Source: an uncultured Prevotellaceae bacterium (lineage in GTDB: Bacteria > Bacteroidota > Bacteroidia > Bacteroidales > Bacteroidaceae). From it: DNA of 64,000 bases. Each line of letters opens with the position of its first letter. Within the stretch, counting starts at the first letter, position 1. Positions 1 to 11,561 of the stretch are shown here, piece by piece. The DNA lies in assembly GCA_900314755.1 (NCBI GenBank), contig OMWH01000002.1, positions 25,926 through 89,925 of the forward strand. The letters are read 5' to 3'. The notes under the pieces are model-generated. The model was not told where the DNA came from. It was given only the letters and a program-made list of their open reading frames with translations, and did not search any database. The position numbers were made by a program, and so were the translations under genes.

Positions 1-407
1 ACAGATTTGTTGCCATCCTTTTCTTTCTGTTTGATTTGCTCCCAATTATCAAGCACCTGCTCCGCATTCTTAGCGACAACGCTGCCATAGACATGCGGAT
101 GACGGAATATCATCTTATCACACAGCTTGTTACATACATCGGCTATATCAAACTGCGACTTTTCCTCTCCTATTCTACTATAGAAGACAATATGAAGAAG
201 AACATCGCCCAGTTCTTTACATATTTCTGTAGCGTCATCCCGCAGAAGCGCATCGCTGAGTTCGTATGCTTCCTCTAAAGTATTGGGACGCAACGACTCA
301 TTTGTTTGTTTCCTATCCCATGGGCACTCCACCCTCAGACGATCCATCACATCCAGCAATCGCCCGAAAGCAGCCATTTTTTCATCTCTTGTATGTTTTT
401 GTTCCAT
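1..407 (-). CDS. mazG: Nucleoside triphosphate pyrophosphohydrolase MazG (5' part, runs off the window)
   Basis: Not in the ORF track. Manual reverse translation from ATG 407 gives MEQKHTRDEKMAAFGRLLDVMDRLRVECPWDRKQT...EEAYE...ELGDVLLHIVFYS...KMIFRHPHVYG, the MazG signature. Confidence 0.93.
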   Translation of the reverse strand, partial: MEQKHTRDEKMAAFGRLLDVMDRLRVECPWDRKQTNESLRPNTLEEAYELSDALLRDDATEICKELGDVLLHIVFYSRIGEEKSQFDIADVCNKLCDKMIFRHPHVYGSVVAKNAEQVLDNWEQIKQKEKDGNKS

Positions 408-415
408 AATCAATC

Positions 416-494
416 GCAAAAGTACAAAATAAAAACGAAACTACCAAATTTCATCGACCTATTTGGCAGTTTCAATTTTTTTATGTACTTTTGC
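416..494. promoter_or_regulatory. Back-to-back Bacteroidetes sigma-A promoters for mazG and valS
   Basis: + strand: TTTG 462-465, 20-nt spacer, TACTTTTG 486-493. - strand: mirror boxes at 445-448 and 417-424, also with a 20-nt spacer. Confidence 0.8.
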
Positions 495-513
495 ACGTCA
501 TTATTAAATAAGT

Positions 514-3222
514 ATGGAATTAGCAAGCAAATACGACCCAAAAGAGGTCGAGTCGAAATGGTATCAGTATTGGTTAGACAACAAGTTGTTCGCCAGCAAG
601 CCTGACGGACGTGAACCCTATACAATCGTCATTCCACCGCCCAATGTGACTGGTGTCCTGCACATGGGACACATGCTGAACAACACCATCCAGGACATTT
701 TGGTACGCCGTGCCCGTATGGAGGGTAAGAACGCATGCTGGGTTCCAGGTACCGATCATGCCTCTATTGCCACGGAAGCGAAAGTAGTAAAGAAACTCGC
801 CGAACAAGGTATCAAGAAGCACGACCTTACTCGTGAGGAATTCTTGAAACATGCATGGGACTGGACGGAAGAACATGGAGGTATCATTCTCAAACAACTA
901 CGTCGTTTAGGTGCTTCATGCGACTGGGACCGCACTGCGTTTACCATGGATGAGAAACGCTCAGAAAGTGTCATCAAGGTTTTTGTTGACCTTTATAACA
1001 AAGGATTAATCTACCGTGGACTTCGCATGGTAAACTGGGATCCGAAAGCATTGACGGCACTTTCTACTGAGGAGGTTATTTACAAAGAAGAGAAGAGTCA
1101 TCTGTTCCATCTGAAATATTATGTTGAAGGACTAAAGAGTCTGGAGAATCAAGATGTACTGGAAAAAGAAGGCAACATCATTCATAAGGATGCCAAAGGT
1201 TATTACGCCGTTGTTGCCACCACACGACCAGAAACAATCATGGGCGACACTGCAATGTGCATCAATCCCAAGGACCCTAAGAACCAATGGTTAAAGGGAC
1301 GGCAAGTAATTGTGCCTTTGGTGAATCGTGTCATTCCTGTAATAGAAGACCGCTACGTGGACATTGAGTTTGGTACTGGTTGTCTGAAAGTAACACCTGC
1401 TCATGACACCAATGACTACATGTTGGGGAAGACTCACGATTTAGAGACCATCGACATCTTTAATGCAGATGGAACCATTTCCAAACAGTCTCCATTATAT
1501 GTAGGAATGGACCGTTTCGATTGTCGTAAGCAGATAGCAAAAGACTTACAGGAAGCAGGACTAATGGAGCGAATAGAAGATTACACCAATAAGGTGGGCT
1601 ATTCTGAGCGGAACCCGGACACAGCTATAGAGCCCCGCCTCTCACTTCAGTGGTTCTTAAAGATGAAGCATTTTGCAGATATCGCTCTTCCACCCGTCAT
1701 AAATGATGACATAAAGTTCTATCCTACAAAATACAAAACCACTTATAAGAACTGGTTGGAGAACATTCAGGACTGGTGTATTTCCCGTCAACTGTGGTGG
1801 GGTCACCGTATTCCTGCTTATTATTATAATAAGGAAGGGGATTTCGTTGTAGCAGAGAACCGTGAGAAGGCACTAGAACTAGCCAAACTAAAGAATCCTA
1901 CTGTAACAGATGCCGATTTGAGACAAGACGAGGATGCTCTTGACACATGGTTCTCGTCATGGCTATGGCCTATCTCCCTCTTTGACGGTATCAACAATCC
2001 CCAAAGTGAGGAACTCGCCTATTACTATCCCACGTCAGACCTCGTAACGGGTCCGGACATCATCTTCTTCTGGGTTGCCCGTATGATAATGGCAGGATAT
2101 GAGTATGTCGGCAAGATGCCTTTCAAGCATGTTTACTTTACAGGTATTGTTCGCGACAAACTGGGACGAAAGATGTCCAAATCTCTTGGCAACAGTCCTG
2201 ACCCCATCGAACTCATTGAGAAGTTCGGAGCAGATGGTGTTCGCATGGGTATGATGCTCTCTGCTCCTGCCGGCAATGACATTCTCTTTGATGAGAGTTT
2301 GTGTGAACAAGGTCGTAACTTCAACAACAAGATATGGAATGCTTTCCGGCTCGTCAAAGGATGGCAGGTGGCAGATATACAACAGAATGAAGCCAGTAAG
2401 ATTGCTGTGGCATGGTTTGATGCCAAGTTAAAACTTGCCAATGAAGAATTACAAGACCTGTTCTCAAAGTATCGCATCTCTGAGGCATTGATGGTTGTAT
2501 ATAAACTTTTCTGGGACGAGTTCTCCAGTTGGTATCTGGAAATGGTAAAACCTTCCTACGTCAACGGTGAGGCACAACCTATTGACAAGGGCACTTTTGA
2601 AGCGACATTGCGTTTCTTCGACATTCTATTGAAAATGCTTCATCCTTTCATGCCATTCATCACTGAAGAATTATGGCAAGCACTCTACGAACGTCAAGCG
2701 GGCGAGAGCATCATGCGTGAAAGTTTGAAGCTCAACACTCCTACTGACGAAGAGAAAAAACTTGCCAATGACATAGAAGAGGTAAAACAGATTGTCAGTG
2801 GCGTTCGTATGGTTCGCAATCAGAAAAACATTGCTCCCAAAGAAGCGCTTGAGCTGCAGGCTGTATCCGCCAACCATTATGAGGCATACACAGCCGCCAT
2901 CGTGAAAATGGCGAATGTGAATGCAATTCATGTTGTCAGCGAGAAAGACGCCACCGCCTCTGCCTTCATGGTGGGAACCGACGAGTTTGCTATTCCATTG
3001 GGCAACATGATAGACATTGATGCAGAAATAGAAAAACAAGAGGCACAACTGAAGCATCTGGAGGGTTTCCTTGCAGGTGTTATGAAAAAACTCTCTAACG
3101 AGCGGTTCGTACAGAACGCTCCTGAGGCTGTCGTTGCCTTGGAACGTAAAAAACAAAGTGATTCTGAAGAGAAAATCGCTGCATTGAAAGAGTCTTTGGC
3201 TGCCCTACGAGCACAGAAATAG
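514..3222 (+). CDS. valS: Valine--tRNA ligase
   Basis: [13 protein letters not shown] (HIGH), [20 protein letters not shown]-terminal coiled coil; 902 aa. Confidence 0.98.
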   Translation: MELASKYDPKEVESKWYQYWLDNKLFASKPDGREPYTIVIPPPNVTGVLHMGHMLNNTIQDILVRRARMEGKNACWVPGTDHASIATEAKVVKKLAEQGIKKHDLTREEFLKHAWDWTEEHGGIILKQLRRLGASCDWDRTAFTMDEKRSESVIKVFVDLYNKGLIYRGLRMVNWDPKALTALSTEEVIYKEEKSHLFHLKYYVEGLKSLENQDVLEKEGNIIHKDAKGYYAVVATTRPETIMGDTAMCINPKDPKNQWLKGRQVIVPLVNRVIPVIEDRYVDIEFGTGCLKVTPAHDTNDYMLGKTHDLETIDIFNADGTISKQSPLYVGMDRFDCRKQIAKDLQEAGLMERIEDYTNKVGYSERNPDTAIEPRLSLQWFLKMKHFADIALPPVINDDIKFYPTKYKTTYKNWLENIQDWCISRQLWWGHRIPAYYYNKEGDFVVAENREKALELAKLKNPTVTDADLRQDEDALDTWFSSWLWPISLFDGINNPQSEELAYYYPTSDLVTGPDIIFFWVARMIMAGYEYVGKMPFKHVYFTGIVRDKLGRKMSKSLGNSPDPIELIEKFGADGVRMGMMLSAPAGNDILFDESLCEQGRNFNNKIWNAFRLVKGWQVADIQQNEASKIAVAWFDAKLKLANEELQDLFSKYRISEALMVVYKLFWDEFSSWYLEMVKPSYVNGEAQPIDKGTFEATLRFFDILLKMLHPFMPFITEELWQALYERQAGESIMRESLKLNTPTDEEKKLANDIEEVKQIVSGVRMVRNQKNIAPKEALELQAVSANHYEAYTAAIVKMANVNAIHVVSEKDATASAFMVGTDEFAIPLGNMIDIDAEIEKQEAQLKHLEGFLAGVMKKLSNERFVQNAPEAVVALERKKQSDSEEKIAALKESLAALRAQK

Positions 3223-3223
3223 A

Positions 3224-4033
3224 ATGCCAATCATAGAGATTACAAGCCTCTCCCAACCTGGTGTAGAAATATTCAGCCAACTGACTGAATCACAATTACG
3301 TAACAGGATTGAACCCGAAAAGGGTATCTTTATCGTGGAAAGTCCGAAAGTAATCCGTGTGGCTATACAAACAGGTTACCAACCTGTTGCACTGCTTTGT
3401 GAGCGAAAACATATTGATGGGGATGCTGCCGATATTATAAAACATTGCGACGGCATCCCAATTTATACAGGTAGCCGGGAACTACTGGCAAGTTTGACAG
3501 GCTATACCCTTACCAGAGGGGTGCTCTGCGCCATGCGCCGACCAATCCCGCTAAGTGTGGAGAAAGTTTGCAAAGACGCACATCATATTGTAGTAATAGA
3601 TGGTGTGGTGGATACGACCAATATAGGAGCGATTTTCCGCTCTGCAGCAGCATTAGGAATGGATGCCGTTTTATTGACCACCGACTCTTGTGACCCTTTT
3701 AACCGCAGGGCTGTCCGGGTATCAATGGGGTCTGTATTTCTTGTCCCTTGGACATGGATAGATGGGAATATCAATCAACTGCGCGCTTGGGGATTCAAAA
3801 CACTGGCAATGGCACTGGCAGACAACTCTCTCCCACTCGATGCGCCCATCCTGAAACAGGAGGAACGGCTTGCCATCATCATGGGAACTGAAGGTGACGG
3901 ACTACCCAAAGAAGTCATTGCCGATGCCGACTATGTAGTAAGAATCCCTATGGCACATAGTGTCGACTCACTCAATGTCGCTGCTGCGTCAGCTGTCGCT
4001 TTTTGGGAACTGACAAGGAAATCTCAGAATTAA
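3224..4033 (+). CDS. TrmH/SpoU family RNA methyltransferase
   Basis: NIGAIFRSAAALG, MGTEGDGL, VRIPMAHSVDSLNVAAA motifs. Confidence 0.92.
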   Translation: MPIIEITSLSQPGVEIFSQLTESQLRNRIEPEKGIFIVESPKVIRVAIQTGYQPVALLCERKHIDGDAADIIKHCDGIPIYTGSRELLASLTGYTLTRGVLCAMRRPIPLSVEKVCKDAHHIVVIDGVVDTTNIGAIFRSAAALGMDAVLLTTDSCDPFNRRAVRVSMGSVFLVPWTWIDGNINQLRAWGFKTLAMALADNSLPLDAPILKQEERLAIIMGTEGDGLPKEVIADADYVVRIPMAHSVDSLNVAAASAVAFWELTRKSQN

Positions 4034-4084
4034 TCAAATAATTTTGAATATCTCTTTTTTTATTCGTATCTTTGCAAACGCATT

Positions 4085-5194
4085 ATGGAGAATAACAGTA
4101 TATTACAGAAACTGGACGGACTGGAAGCCCGCTTTGAGGAGGTATCTACACTGATTACCGACCCTAATGTGATAGCCGACCAGAACCGTTTCGTGAAACT
4201 TACGAAGGAATATAAGGATTTGGGCGACATCATGGATGCCCGCAAACGCTATATTGCCTGTCTGAATAGTATCAAAGAGGCAAAAGACATCCTTGCCAAT
4301 GAGGACGATGCCGAAATGAAGGAGATGGCTCGTGAGGAACTTGCCGAAAACGAAGCGTTACAACCCAAGCTGGAGGAGGAAATCAAAATTGCCCTTATTC
4401 CGAAGGACCCCGAGGACGCCAAGAACGTGCAGATGGAAATCCGTGCGGGAACTGGTGGTGATGAGGCGTGTCTGTTTGCTGGCGATTTGTTTAAGATGTA
4501 TAAGAGTTTTTGTGACTCGAAAGGGTGGCAACTCGCTGTTACCAGTGTCTCAGAGGGAGCAGTGGGCGGTTATAAGGAAATCGACTTCGCCGTGAGCGGT
4601 GCGGATGTCTACGGTACTTTGAAATATGAATCAGGAGTTCACCGTGTTCAGCGTGTGCCTGCTACGGAGACGCAGGGTCGAATGCACACTTCTGCAGCCA
4701 CTGTCGCTGTACTTCCTGAAGCTGACAAGTTTGAGGTTCATATCAACGAGGGAGAGATTAAATGGGACACTTTCCGAAGCAGTGGTGCCGGTGGGCAGAA
4801 TGTTAACAAGGTGGAGTCTGGTGTTCGCCTGCGTTATATGTGGAAAAATCCCAATACGTGTGAGACGGAGGAGATACTTATTGAATGTACTGAGACACGT
4901 GACCAGCCGAAGAACAAAGAACGTGCCCTCTCGCGCTTGTACACTTTTATATATGACAAGGAGCACCAAAAATATATGGACGATATCGCTTCACGTCGAA
5001 AGACACTGGTATCTACTGGTGACCGTTCGGCGAAGATTCGAACCTATAACTTCCCACAAGGACGTGTGACAGATCACCGCATTGGTTATACTACTCACGA
5101 CTTACAAGGTTTCCTCGGCGGTGACATCCAGCCCATGATAGATGCACTGACCGTTGCTGAAAATGCAGAGCGCATGAAAGAATCAGAACTATAA
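4085..5194 (+). CDS. prfA: Peptide chain release factor 1
   Basis: GGQ motif ([10 protein letters not shown]), [24 protein letters not shown]. Confidence 0.97.
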   Translation: MENNSILQKLDGLEARFEEVSTLITDPNVIADQNRFVKLTKEYKDLGDIMDARKRYIACLNSIKEAKDILANEDDAEMKEMAREELAENEALQPKLEEEIKIALIPKDPEDAKNVQMEIRAGTGGDEACLFAGDLFKMYKSFCDSKGWQLAVTSVSEGAVGGYKEIDFAVSGADVYGTLKYESGVHRVQRVPATETQGRMHTSAATVAVLPEADKFEVHINEGEIKWDTFRSSGAGGQNVNKVESGVRLRYMWKNPNTCETEEILIECTETRDQPKNKERALSRLYTFIYDKEHQKYMDDIASRRKTLVSTGDRSAKIRTYNFPQGRVTDHRIGYTTHDLQGFLGGDIQPMIDALTVAENAERMKESEL

Positions 5195-5198
5195 GATT

Positions 5199-6053
5199 AT
5201 GAATAGACAAGAGTTAATACAGCAAATCAAAGAGAAACAATCGTTTCTCTGCGTAGGTCTGGACACAGACATCAACAAGATTCCCCAGTGCATCATTGAG
5301 GAAGCAAGGGCTAAGGATGGAGAAGATTATATCTTCAGAGCTCTCTGTGAGTTTAACGCCCTCATCATTGATGCGACAGCACCCTATTGTGTCGCCTACA
5401 AGCCCAATCTTGCCTTTTATGAGGCATACGGTGTAGACGGCATTCTTGCCTTTGAGGCAACTATCGACTACTTAAAGGAGGAATATCCTAACCACTTTGT
5501 CATCGCTGATGCCAAGCGTGGGGATATAGGCAACACCTCAAAGATGTATGCCAAGACTTTCTTTGAAGAATATGATGTCGACGCACTGACCGTTGCACCT
5601 TATATGGGCGAAGATTCTGTGACGCCCTTCCTCGGCTATGATAACAAATGGGTCATTCTACTGGCATTGACCTCGAATAAAGGTTCGCTTGACTTTCAGT
5701 TGACGGAAGACAAAAATGGCGTTCGCTTGTTTGAGAAAGTCCTAAAACAAAGTCAGCAGTGGGGTAATGATGAGAATATGATGTATGTTGTAGGAGCCAC
5801 CCAGGGACGTATGTTTGAGGACATCCGTAAAGTAGCCCCAACCCATTTCCTGCTTGTTCCAGGTGTCGGAGCACAAGGAGGCAGTTTACAGGAAGTATGC
5901 CAATACGGTATGACAAAAGACTGCGGGTTGCTTGTTAATTCTTCACGCGGTATTATTTATGCTAGCAATGGAGAATACTTTGCTGAGGTAGCCGCCCAAA
6001 AAGCCAAAGAGCTGCAAGAGCAGATGGCAGAAGAAATAAAGAAGAGGATGTAA
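5199..6053 (+). CDS. pyrF: Orotidine-5'-phosphate decarboxylase
   Basis: [40 protein letters not shown]. Confidence 0.96.
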   Translation: MNRQELIQQIKEKQSFLCVGLDTDINKIPQCIIEEARAKDGEDYIFRALCEFNALIIDATAPYCVAYKPNLAFYEAYGVDGILAFEATIDYLKEEYPNHFVIADAKRGDIGNTSKMYAKTFFEEYDVDALTVAPYMGEDSVTPFLGYDNKWVILLALTSNKGSLDFQLTEDKNGVRLFEKVLKQSQQWGNDENMMYVVGATQGRMFEDIRKVAPTHFLLVPGVGAQGGSLQEVCQYGMTKDCGLLVNSSRGIIYASNGEYFAEVAAQKAKELQEQMAEEIKKRM

Positions 6054-6061
6054 GAATCATC

Positions 6062-6754
6062 TTACGGCAAAGGTTTTACATAGCGCATCTCATGAAGGAT
6101 GCGCTTTTGTCTTTTTAAGACATAAGCACTAGGTCTTGCGGAATTATAGCGTAAAGGATTAGGTAATGTGGCGGCAATCAACGCACACTCCGCACTAGTT
6201 AATTGGGAGGCGGTTTTATGAAAATGCCATTCTGCTACAGCATCAACACCATAGATTCCATCCCCCATCTCTATGGAATTCAAATAGACTTCCATAATAC
6301 GCTGTTTCGACCACATCAGCTCTATCAGTGCTGTAAAATAAACCTCAAAGCCTTTTCGTAACCAAGAGCGACCTGGCCATAGAAAAACATTCTTTGCCGT
6401 CTGCTGAGAGATGGTAGAGGCACCTAACTTCCGTTTCTCTGGGTGCTTGAGATTACGGATAGCAGCATGTTCTATCGCTTTATAGTCAAACCCATGATGG
6501 TCCAGAAAACGCGCATCCTCACTTCCCATTACAGCTAGTGACATAGAGGGAGAAATTTCCTCAAAGGGTACCCAATGGTGATGTAACGTCAGATCTTTAC
6601 CCTCTGATATTTGTTCACCTAGACGAATGAACATCAAGGGTGTGAACCAGACAGGAACCCAACGTAATACGACCACAGAAAGAATAGTGGAGGCAAAAAA
6701 AGCCACCACTATCCACATGAAAAATCTTTTAATCTTATGTAGTAATGTTTTCAT
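6062..6754 (-). CDS. mtgA: Monofunctional biosynthetic peptidoglycan transglycosylase
   Basis: EDARFLDHHGFD, GASTISQQTAKNVFL, RK..E, YLNSIEMG; N-terminal TM helix. Confidence 0.93.
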   Translation of the reverse strand: MKTLLHKIKRFFMWIVVAFFASTILSVVVLRWVPVWFTPLMFIRLGEQISEGKDLTLHHHWVPFEEISPSMSLAVMGSEDARFLDHHGFDYKAIEHAAIRNLKHPEKRKLGASTISQQTAKNVFLWPGRSWLRKGFEVYFTALIELMWSKQRIMEVYLNSIEMGDGIYGVDAVAEWHFHKTASQLTSAECALIAATLPNPLRYNSARPSAYVLKRQKRILHEMRYVKPLP

Positions 6755-7422
6755 TACTGAAGTGTACCTGCTTCAGCCTTTTGGATCATCTCCTTGCTGG
6801 CATACATGTATACTTCCACGCGACGGTTCTGCTGACGACCTGCAGCAGTAGAGTTATCGGCAACAGGATTTGTTGAACCTTGTCCCTCTACACTCTTAAT
6901 CTGCTTAGCCTGAACACCACATGAACGAAGATAGTTGTTTACGCTATTGGCACGATTAACTGACAATGGCTGGTTAATAGCATCGCTACCAGTGTTATCA
7001 GTATGACCGATGATAGCTACATCACAGTCTGTATTGGAGTTCAACACACGGGCAAACTCTGCGAGAGAGTTCTTCGCACTAGTGCTAAGATCAGCCTTAC
7101 CAGTAGCGAAAAGAATACCTGAGTCAAAGGTTACCTTTACTGCATCCAGACCATTGGTGTCCTTAACAGTCTCCACCTGGGCGTTCTGAACCTGCTGAGC
7201 CTGCTGTTTAGCCTTATCCATTTTCTTACCGATAATAGCGCCAGCACCAGCACCAACAGCACCGCCAACAGCAACACCCACTGCAGTATTACCAGCTATA
7301 GCACCAATAATACCACCCAATAAAGCACCGCCACCGGCACCAATACCTGCACCCTTCTGGGTGTTGTTACAAGCAAAGAGCATTCCTACGCAAAGTAACA
7401 AAGAAACAATTTTAATTTTCAT
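6754..7422 (-). CDS. OmpA-family lipoprotein with glycine zipper
   Basis: Lipobox LFAC, Gly-zipper, GHTDNTG, QNRRVE OmpA_C motifs. Confidence 0.9.
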   Translation of the reverse strand: MKIKIVSLLLCVGMLFACNNTQKGAGIGAGGGALLGGIIGAIAGNTAVGVAVGGAVGAGAGAIIGKKMDKAKQQAQQVQNAQVETVKDTNGLDAVKVTFDSGILFATGKADLSTSAKNSLAEFARVLNSNTDCDVAIIGHTDNTGSDAINQPLSVNRANSVNNYLRSCGVQAKQIKSVEGQGSTNPVADNSTAAGRQQNRRVEVYMYASKEMIQKAEAGTLQ

Positions 7423-7547
7423 ATTACATTTAATTTAAATATGGTGATAATTTTGAGGCAAAGATACAAATTAATTTTGAACTTGGTGATTATATTTCAT
7501 AATTATTTCGTAATTTTGCACCAAATTTTGAAAATTGAAGTAATTTT

Positions 7548-9029
7548 ATGGCAAAAGAACTCAAAGAAATGACCAAAAGAGCTGACAATTATAGTCAGTG
7601 GTATAACGACTTGGTGGTGAAGGCCGACCTTGCTGAGCAGTCAGCAGTGCGCGGCTGCATGGTCATCAAGCCATACGGCTATGCTATCTGGGAGAAAATG
7701 CAGCAGCAGTTAGATAAGATGTTTAAGGAGACTGGTGCTCAGAATGCCTATTTCCCACTTCTCATCCCAAAGTCGTTCCTCAGCCGCGAGGCAGAACATG
7801 TAGAGGGATTCGCCAAGGAGTGTGCCGTCGTGACCCACTATCGCCTGCGTGCCAAGGAGGACAAAAGCGGTGTAGAGGTTGATCCTGCCGCAAAATTGGA
7901 AGAGGAACTAATTGTTCGTCCCACTTCTGAGACAATTATCTGGAACACCTATAAAAACTGGATTCACTCTTGGCGCGACCTGCCTTTGATGTGCAACCAA
8001 TGGTGTAATGTTATGCGCTGGGAAATGCGTACCCGTCCTTTCCTCCGCACCTCTGAGTTCTTGTGGCAGGAGGGCCATACCGCCCATGCCACCAAGGAGG
8101 AAGCTGAGCAGGAAGCACAGAAGATGCTAGGCGTATACGCTAAGTTCGCTGAAGAGTGGATGGCTGTTCCTGTACTTCAGGGCGTGAAAAGTGAGACAGA
8201 GCGTTTTGCCGGTGCACTTGACACGTACACCATTGAGGCAATGATGCAAGACGGTAAGGCTTTGCAGAGCGGTACTTCCCATTTCCTCGGTCAAAACTTT
8301 GCTAAGGCTTTTGAGGTCACCTATTTAAATAAAGAGAATAAGCCGGAATATGTCTGGGCTACATCATGGGGCGTATCCACCCGGTTAATCGGTGCACTCA
8401 TTATGACTCACTCCGATGACAACGGTTTAGTACTTCCCCCACGTCTTGCTCCTATCCAGGTCGTCATCATCCCTATTGCCAACAAGCCAGAACAGATGGA
8501 GATTGTCAACAAGGAGGTACAACCCATCATTGAGGAGCTACGCTCCAAAGGCATCACCGTGAAGTTTGACGATTCTGACAACAAGCGTCCCGGTTTTAAG
8601 TTTGCTGATTATGAATTGAAAGGTGTACCTGTTCGCTTAGTACTCGGAGCTCGTGACTTAGAGAGTGGTACGATTGAGGTGATGCGTCGTGACACTCTGG
8701 AAAAAGAGACCCGCCCAGTGGAAGATATTGCCCAGTATGTAGAGCAACTGTTGGAAGATATACAGAAAAACATCTTCGAGAAAGCACGCAAGTATCGTGA
8801 TGAGCATGTCTATGTATGTGACAACTACGAGGAATTTAAAGAGCGTGTAAAAGACGGTGGCTTTTTCCTTTGTCACTGGGATGGTACTGCAGAGACAGAG
8901 GCAAAAATCAAAGAAGAGACTCAAGCAACAATTCGTTGTGTGCCTTTTGCTTACGAGCAGACTCCCGGAACAGACATGGTCAGTGGCAAACCCGCAAAAT
9001 ATCGTGTTATTATTGCCCGCAGCTATTAG
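7548..9029 (+). CDS. proS: Proline--tRNA ligase (archaeal/eukaryote-like type typical of Bacteroidetes)
   Basis: [45 protein letters not shown]. Confidence 0.97.
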   Translation: MAKELKEMTKRADNYSQWYNDLVVKADLAEQSAVRGCMVIKPYGYAIWEKMQQQLDKMFKETGAQNAYFPLLIPKSFLSREAEHVEGFAKECAVVTHYRLRAKEDKSGVEVDPAAKLEEELIVRPTSETIIWNTYKNWIHSWRDLPLMCNQWCNVMRWEMRTRPFLRTSEFLWQEGHTAHATKEEAEQEAQKMLGVYAKFAEEWMAVPVLQGVKSETERFAGALDTYTIEAMMQDGKALQSGTSHFLGQNFAKAFEVTYLNKENKPEYVWATSWGVSTRLIGALIMTHSDDNGLVLPPRLAPIQVVIIPIANKPEQMEIVNKEVQPIIEELRSKGITVKFDDSDNKRPGFKFADYELKGVPVRLVLGARDLESGTIEVMRRDTLEKETRPVEDIAQYVEQLLEDIQKNIFEKARKYRDEHVYVCDNYEEFKERVKDGGFFLCHWDGTAETEAKIKEETQATIRCVPFAYEQTPGTDMVSGKPAKYRVIIARSY

Positions 9030-9049
9030 TATTGTACGAAAAATCAATA

Positions 9050-9107
9050 AATTACAGAAACTTCTGGTCAAAACATTTGGTAATGACCAGAAGTTTTTGT
9101 AATTTTG
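9050..9107. promoter_or_regulatory. 21-bp inverted repeat (probable proS terminator) overlapping the rpsA promoter
   Basis: AATTACAGAAACTTCTGGTCA (9050-9070) and TGACCAGAAGTTTTTGTAATT (9084-9104), 1 mismatch. TTTG 9076-9079, 20-nt spacer, TAATTTTG 9100-9107. Confidence 0.7.
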
Positions 9108-9185
9108 CAGCCGATTTGCGGAAACATGCCGCAATTACAGTTCACATAAAGTCCAACTTTATTAATTTACAAACAATTTTTAATT

Positions 9186-10967
9186 ATGTCAGAATTAACA
9201 AAGAACGTCCAGCCATTGAACGACTTCAACTGGGAAGAGTTTGAGAATGGCATGGCAGTAAACGTCAGCAAGGAAGAGCTTGACAAAGCGTATGATGAGA
9301 CGCTGAACAAAGTCAGCGAGCATCAGGTTGTCGACGGTAAAGTAATCAGTGTCGACAAGAAAGAGGTAGTCGTAAACATCGGCTATAAGAGCGACGGTAT
9401 CATACCCGCTTCTGAATTCCGTTACAACCCCGATTTGAAAGTGGGTGACACCGTAGAGGTTTATGTAGAGAACGCAGAAGATAAGAAGGGGCAGCTCGTC
9501 CTCTCACACAAAAAGGCTCGTCTCTCTAAGAGTTGGGATCGTGTCAATGCTGCTCTTGACAACGAGGAAATCGTTCAGGGTTACATCAAGTGCCGCACGA
9601 AGGGCGGTATGATTGTTGACGTATTCGGTATCGAGGCATTCTTGCCCGGTAGCCAGATTGACGTTCACCCCATACGTGACTATGATCAGTTCGTAGGCAC
9701 AAACATGGACTTCAAGATTGTGAAGATCAATCAGGAGTTCCGCAACGTTGTTGTCTCTCACAAAGCCCTTATTGAGGCTGAGTTGGAGGCTCAGAAGAAA
9801 GAAATTATCGGCAAGCTGGAGAAGGGTCAGATTCTTGAGGGTACCGTTAAGAACATCACTTCCTATGGTGTATTCGTTGACCTCGGTGGTGTTGACGGAC
9901 TCATTCACATCACCGATCTCTCTTGGGGTCGCGTAGACGATCCTCATAAGGTAGTTGAGCTTGACCAGAAGATTAATGTCGTTATTCTCGACTTCGATGA
10001 TGAGAAGAAGCGCATCGCCCTCGGTCTGAAGCAGCTCACTCCACATCCATGGGATGCACTGGATGCTGACCTGAAGGTTGGTGACCATGTGAAAGGTAAG
10101 GTTGTCGTTATCGCTGACTATGGCGCATTCGTTGAGATTCAGCCTGGTGTAGAGGGTCTGATTCACGTATCTGAGATGTCTTGGAGCCAGCACCTTCGTT
10201 CCGCTCAGGAGTTCCTGAAAGTGGGTGACGAAGTAGAGGCTGTTATCCTGACCCTCGACCGTGACGAGCGTAAGATGTCTCTCGGTATCAAGCAGTTGAA
10301 GGAAGACCCATGGGAAGCTATCGAGGTTAAATATCCTGTTGGCAGCAAGCACACTGCAAAGGTTCGCAACTTCACCAACTTTGGTGTATTCGTTGAACTG
10401 GAAGAGGGTGTTGATGGTCTGATTCATATTAGTGACCTCTCTTGGACCAAGAAGGTTAAGCATCCTTCTGAGTTCACTCAGGTTGGTGCGGAGATTGATG
10501 TTGTCGTTCTTGATATTGACAAGGAGAATCGCCGTCTCTCTCTCGGTCACAAGCAGTTGGAGGACAATCCTTGGGATGTATTCGAGGCTAAGTACACCGT
10601 TGGCTCTATTCACGAGGGTAAGATCATCGAATTGCTCGAGAAGGGTGCTGTTGTATCCCTCGACAAGGATGTTGAGGGATTTGCCACTCCTAAGCACCTC
10701 GTTAAGGAGGATGGCTCACAGGCACAGCTCAATGAGGAACTCCCCTTCAAGGTTATTGAGTTCAACAAGGACTCTAAGCGCATCATCCTGTCTCACAGCC
10801 GTACCTTCGAGGATCCTCAGCGTGAGGAGAAGAAGGCTGCTGCCAAGAAGACACGTGCTGCCAAGAAGGACGATACTCCAAAGATTGAGAATGTCGCTGC
10901 CAGCACCACACTCGGTGACATCGACGTACTCGCAGAATTGAAGGCTAAGATGGAGAAGGGCGAGTAA
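9186..10967 (+). CDS. rpsA: 30S ribosomal protein S1
   Basis: Six S1 repeats (FGVFVEL, DGLIHISDLSW); strong codon bias. Confidence 0.98.
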   Translation: MSELTKNVQPLNDFNWEEFENGMAVNVSKEELDKAYDETLNKVSEHQVVDGKVISVDKKEVVVNIGYKSDGIIPASEFRYNPDLKVGDTVEVYVENAEDKKGQLVLSHKKARLSKSWDRVNAALDNEEIVQGYIKCRTKGGMIVDVFGIEAFLPGSQIDVHPIRDYDQFVGTNMDFKIVKINQEFRNVVVSHKALIEAELEAQKKEIIGKLEKGQILEGTVKNITSYGVFVDLGGVDGLIHITDLSWGRVDDPHKVVELDQKINVVILDFDDEKKRIALGLKQLTPHPWDALDADLKVGDHVKGKVVVIADYGAFVEIQPGVEGLIHVSEMSWSQHLRSAQEFLKVGDEVEAVILTLDRDERKMSLGIKQLKEDPWEAIEVKYPVGSKHTAKVRNFTNFGVFVELEEGVDGLIHISDLSWTKKVKHPSEFTQVGAEIDVVVLDIDKENRRLSLGHKQLEDNPWDVFEAKYTVGSIHEGKIIELLEKGAVVSLDKDVEGFATPKHLVKEDGSQAQLNEELPFKVIEFNKDSKRIILSHSRTFEDPQREEKKAAAKKTRAAKKDDTPKIENVAASTTLGDIDVLAELKAKMEKGE

Positions 10968-10992
10968 TCCCCTACTCCTTCCAATAAACAAA

Positions 10993-11024
10993 AAGAGGAT
11001 GTGTCTATTTTTACACATCCTCTT
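10993..11024. terminator. Intrinsic (bidirectional-type) terminator after rpsA
   Basis: AAGAGGATGTGT-CTATTTTT-ACACATCCTCTT, 12-bp stem. Confidence 0.85.
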
Positions 11025-11561
11025 CTTATTTTCATTATTCACATGCTGTTGTCCTTTGAACTGTTTGCCATTCTTGTGATTGTCATGGTCATCATTTCTC
11101 TTACTGCCAAAGATAAGACAGAACCTCTGAAAGGCTACGGGAAAGGCAATGGGTAGGTACGTCAGCGGGAATGGGCGAATAAGTTCGGGTAATCGACAAA
11201 ATCGCTTTGCTTGCAAAAATTGTTCAGTGAAACTGTCGTCATAACCTAACATGTTTAAACGTCCGCTGCAAAATTAATAGAAGTTAAAAATGTCTTTATT
11301 TATGGCGTTTTCTGGATATAGTAGAGGTATTGTGACAAAAAAATAACTAACTTTGCTGTCGCAGACTACACTACCGCTTGTATGGATAGGCAGGACGCAT
11401 ATATACTGATTAGTGTTTACAAATGCTGACTTGACTTTCCCAAACTTCGCAAACTTGGAAAGTGGATGAGGTGATGTAAGAGGCCCACACTTTTCTTTAT
11501 ATATCCTCCAATAGATATTAACACTCCAGTTTTGGGCTTGGCTGGCATATTTATATATAAT

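Noticed and set aside
36-278. 80-aa + strand ORF
   Set aside because: Shadow of mazG on the minus strand.
9504-10697. 397-aa ORF antisense to rpsA
   Set aside because: In-register antisense frame kept open by codon bias; no family motifs. The same applies to 52635-53852, 56561-57598, 57611-58486 and similar shadows.
10716-11252. 178-aa minus-strand ORF
   Set aside because: Runs through the terminator into antisense rpsA and has no recognisable motif; only the promoter/transcript possibility was kept.
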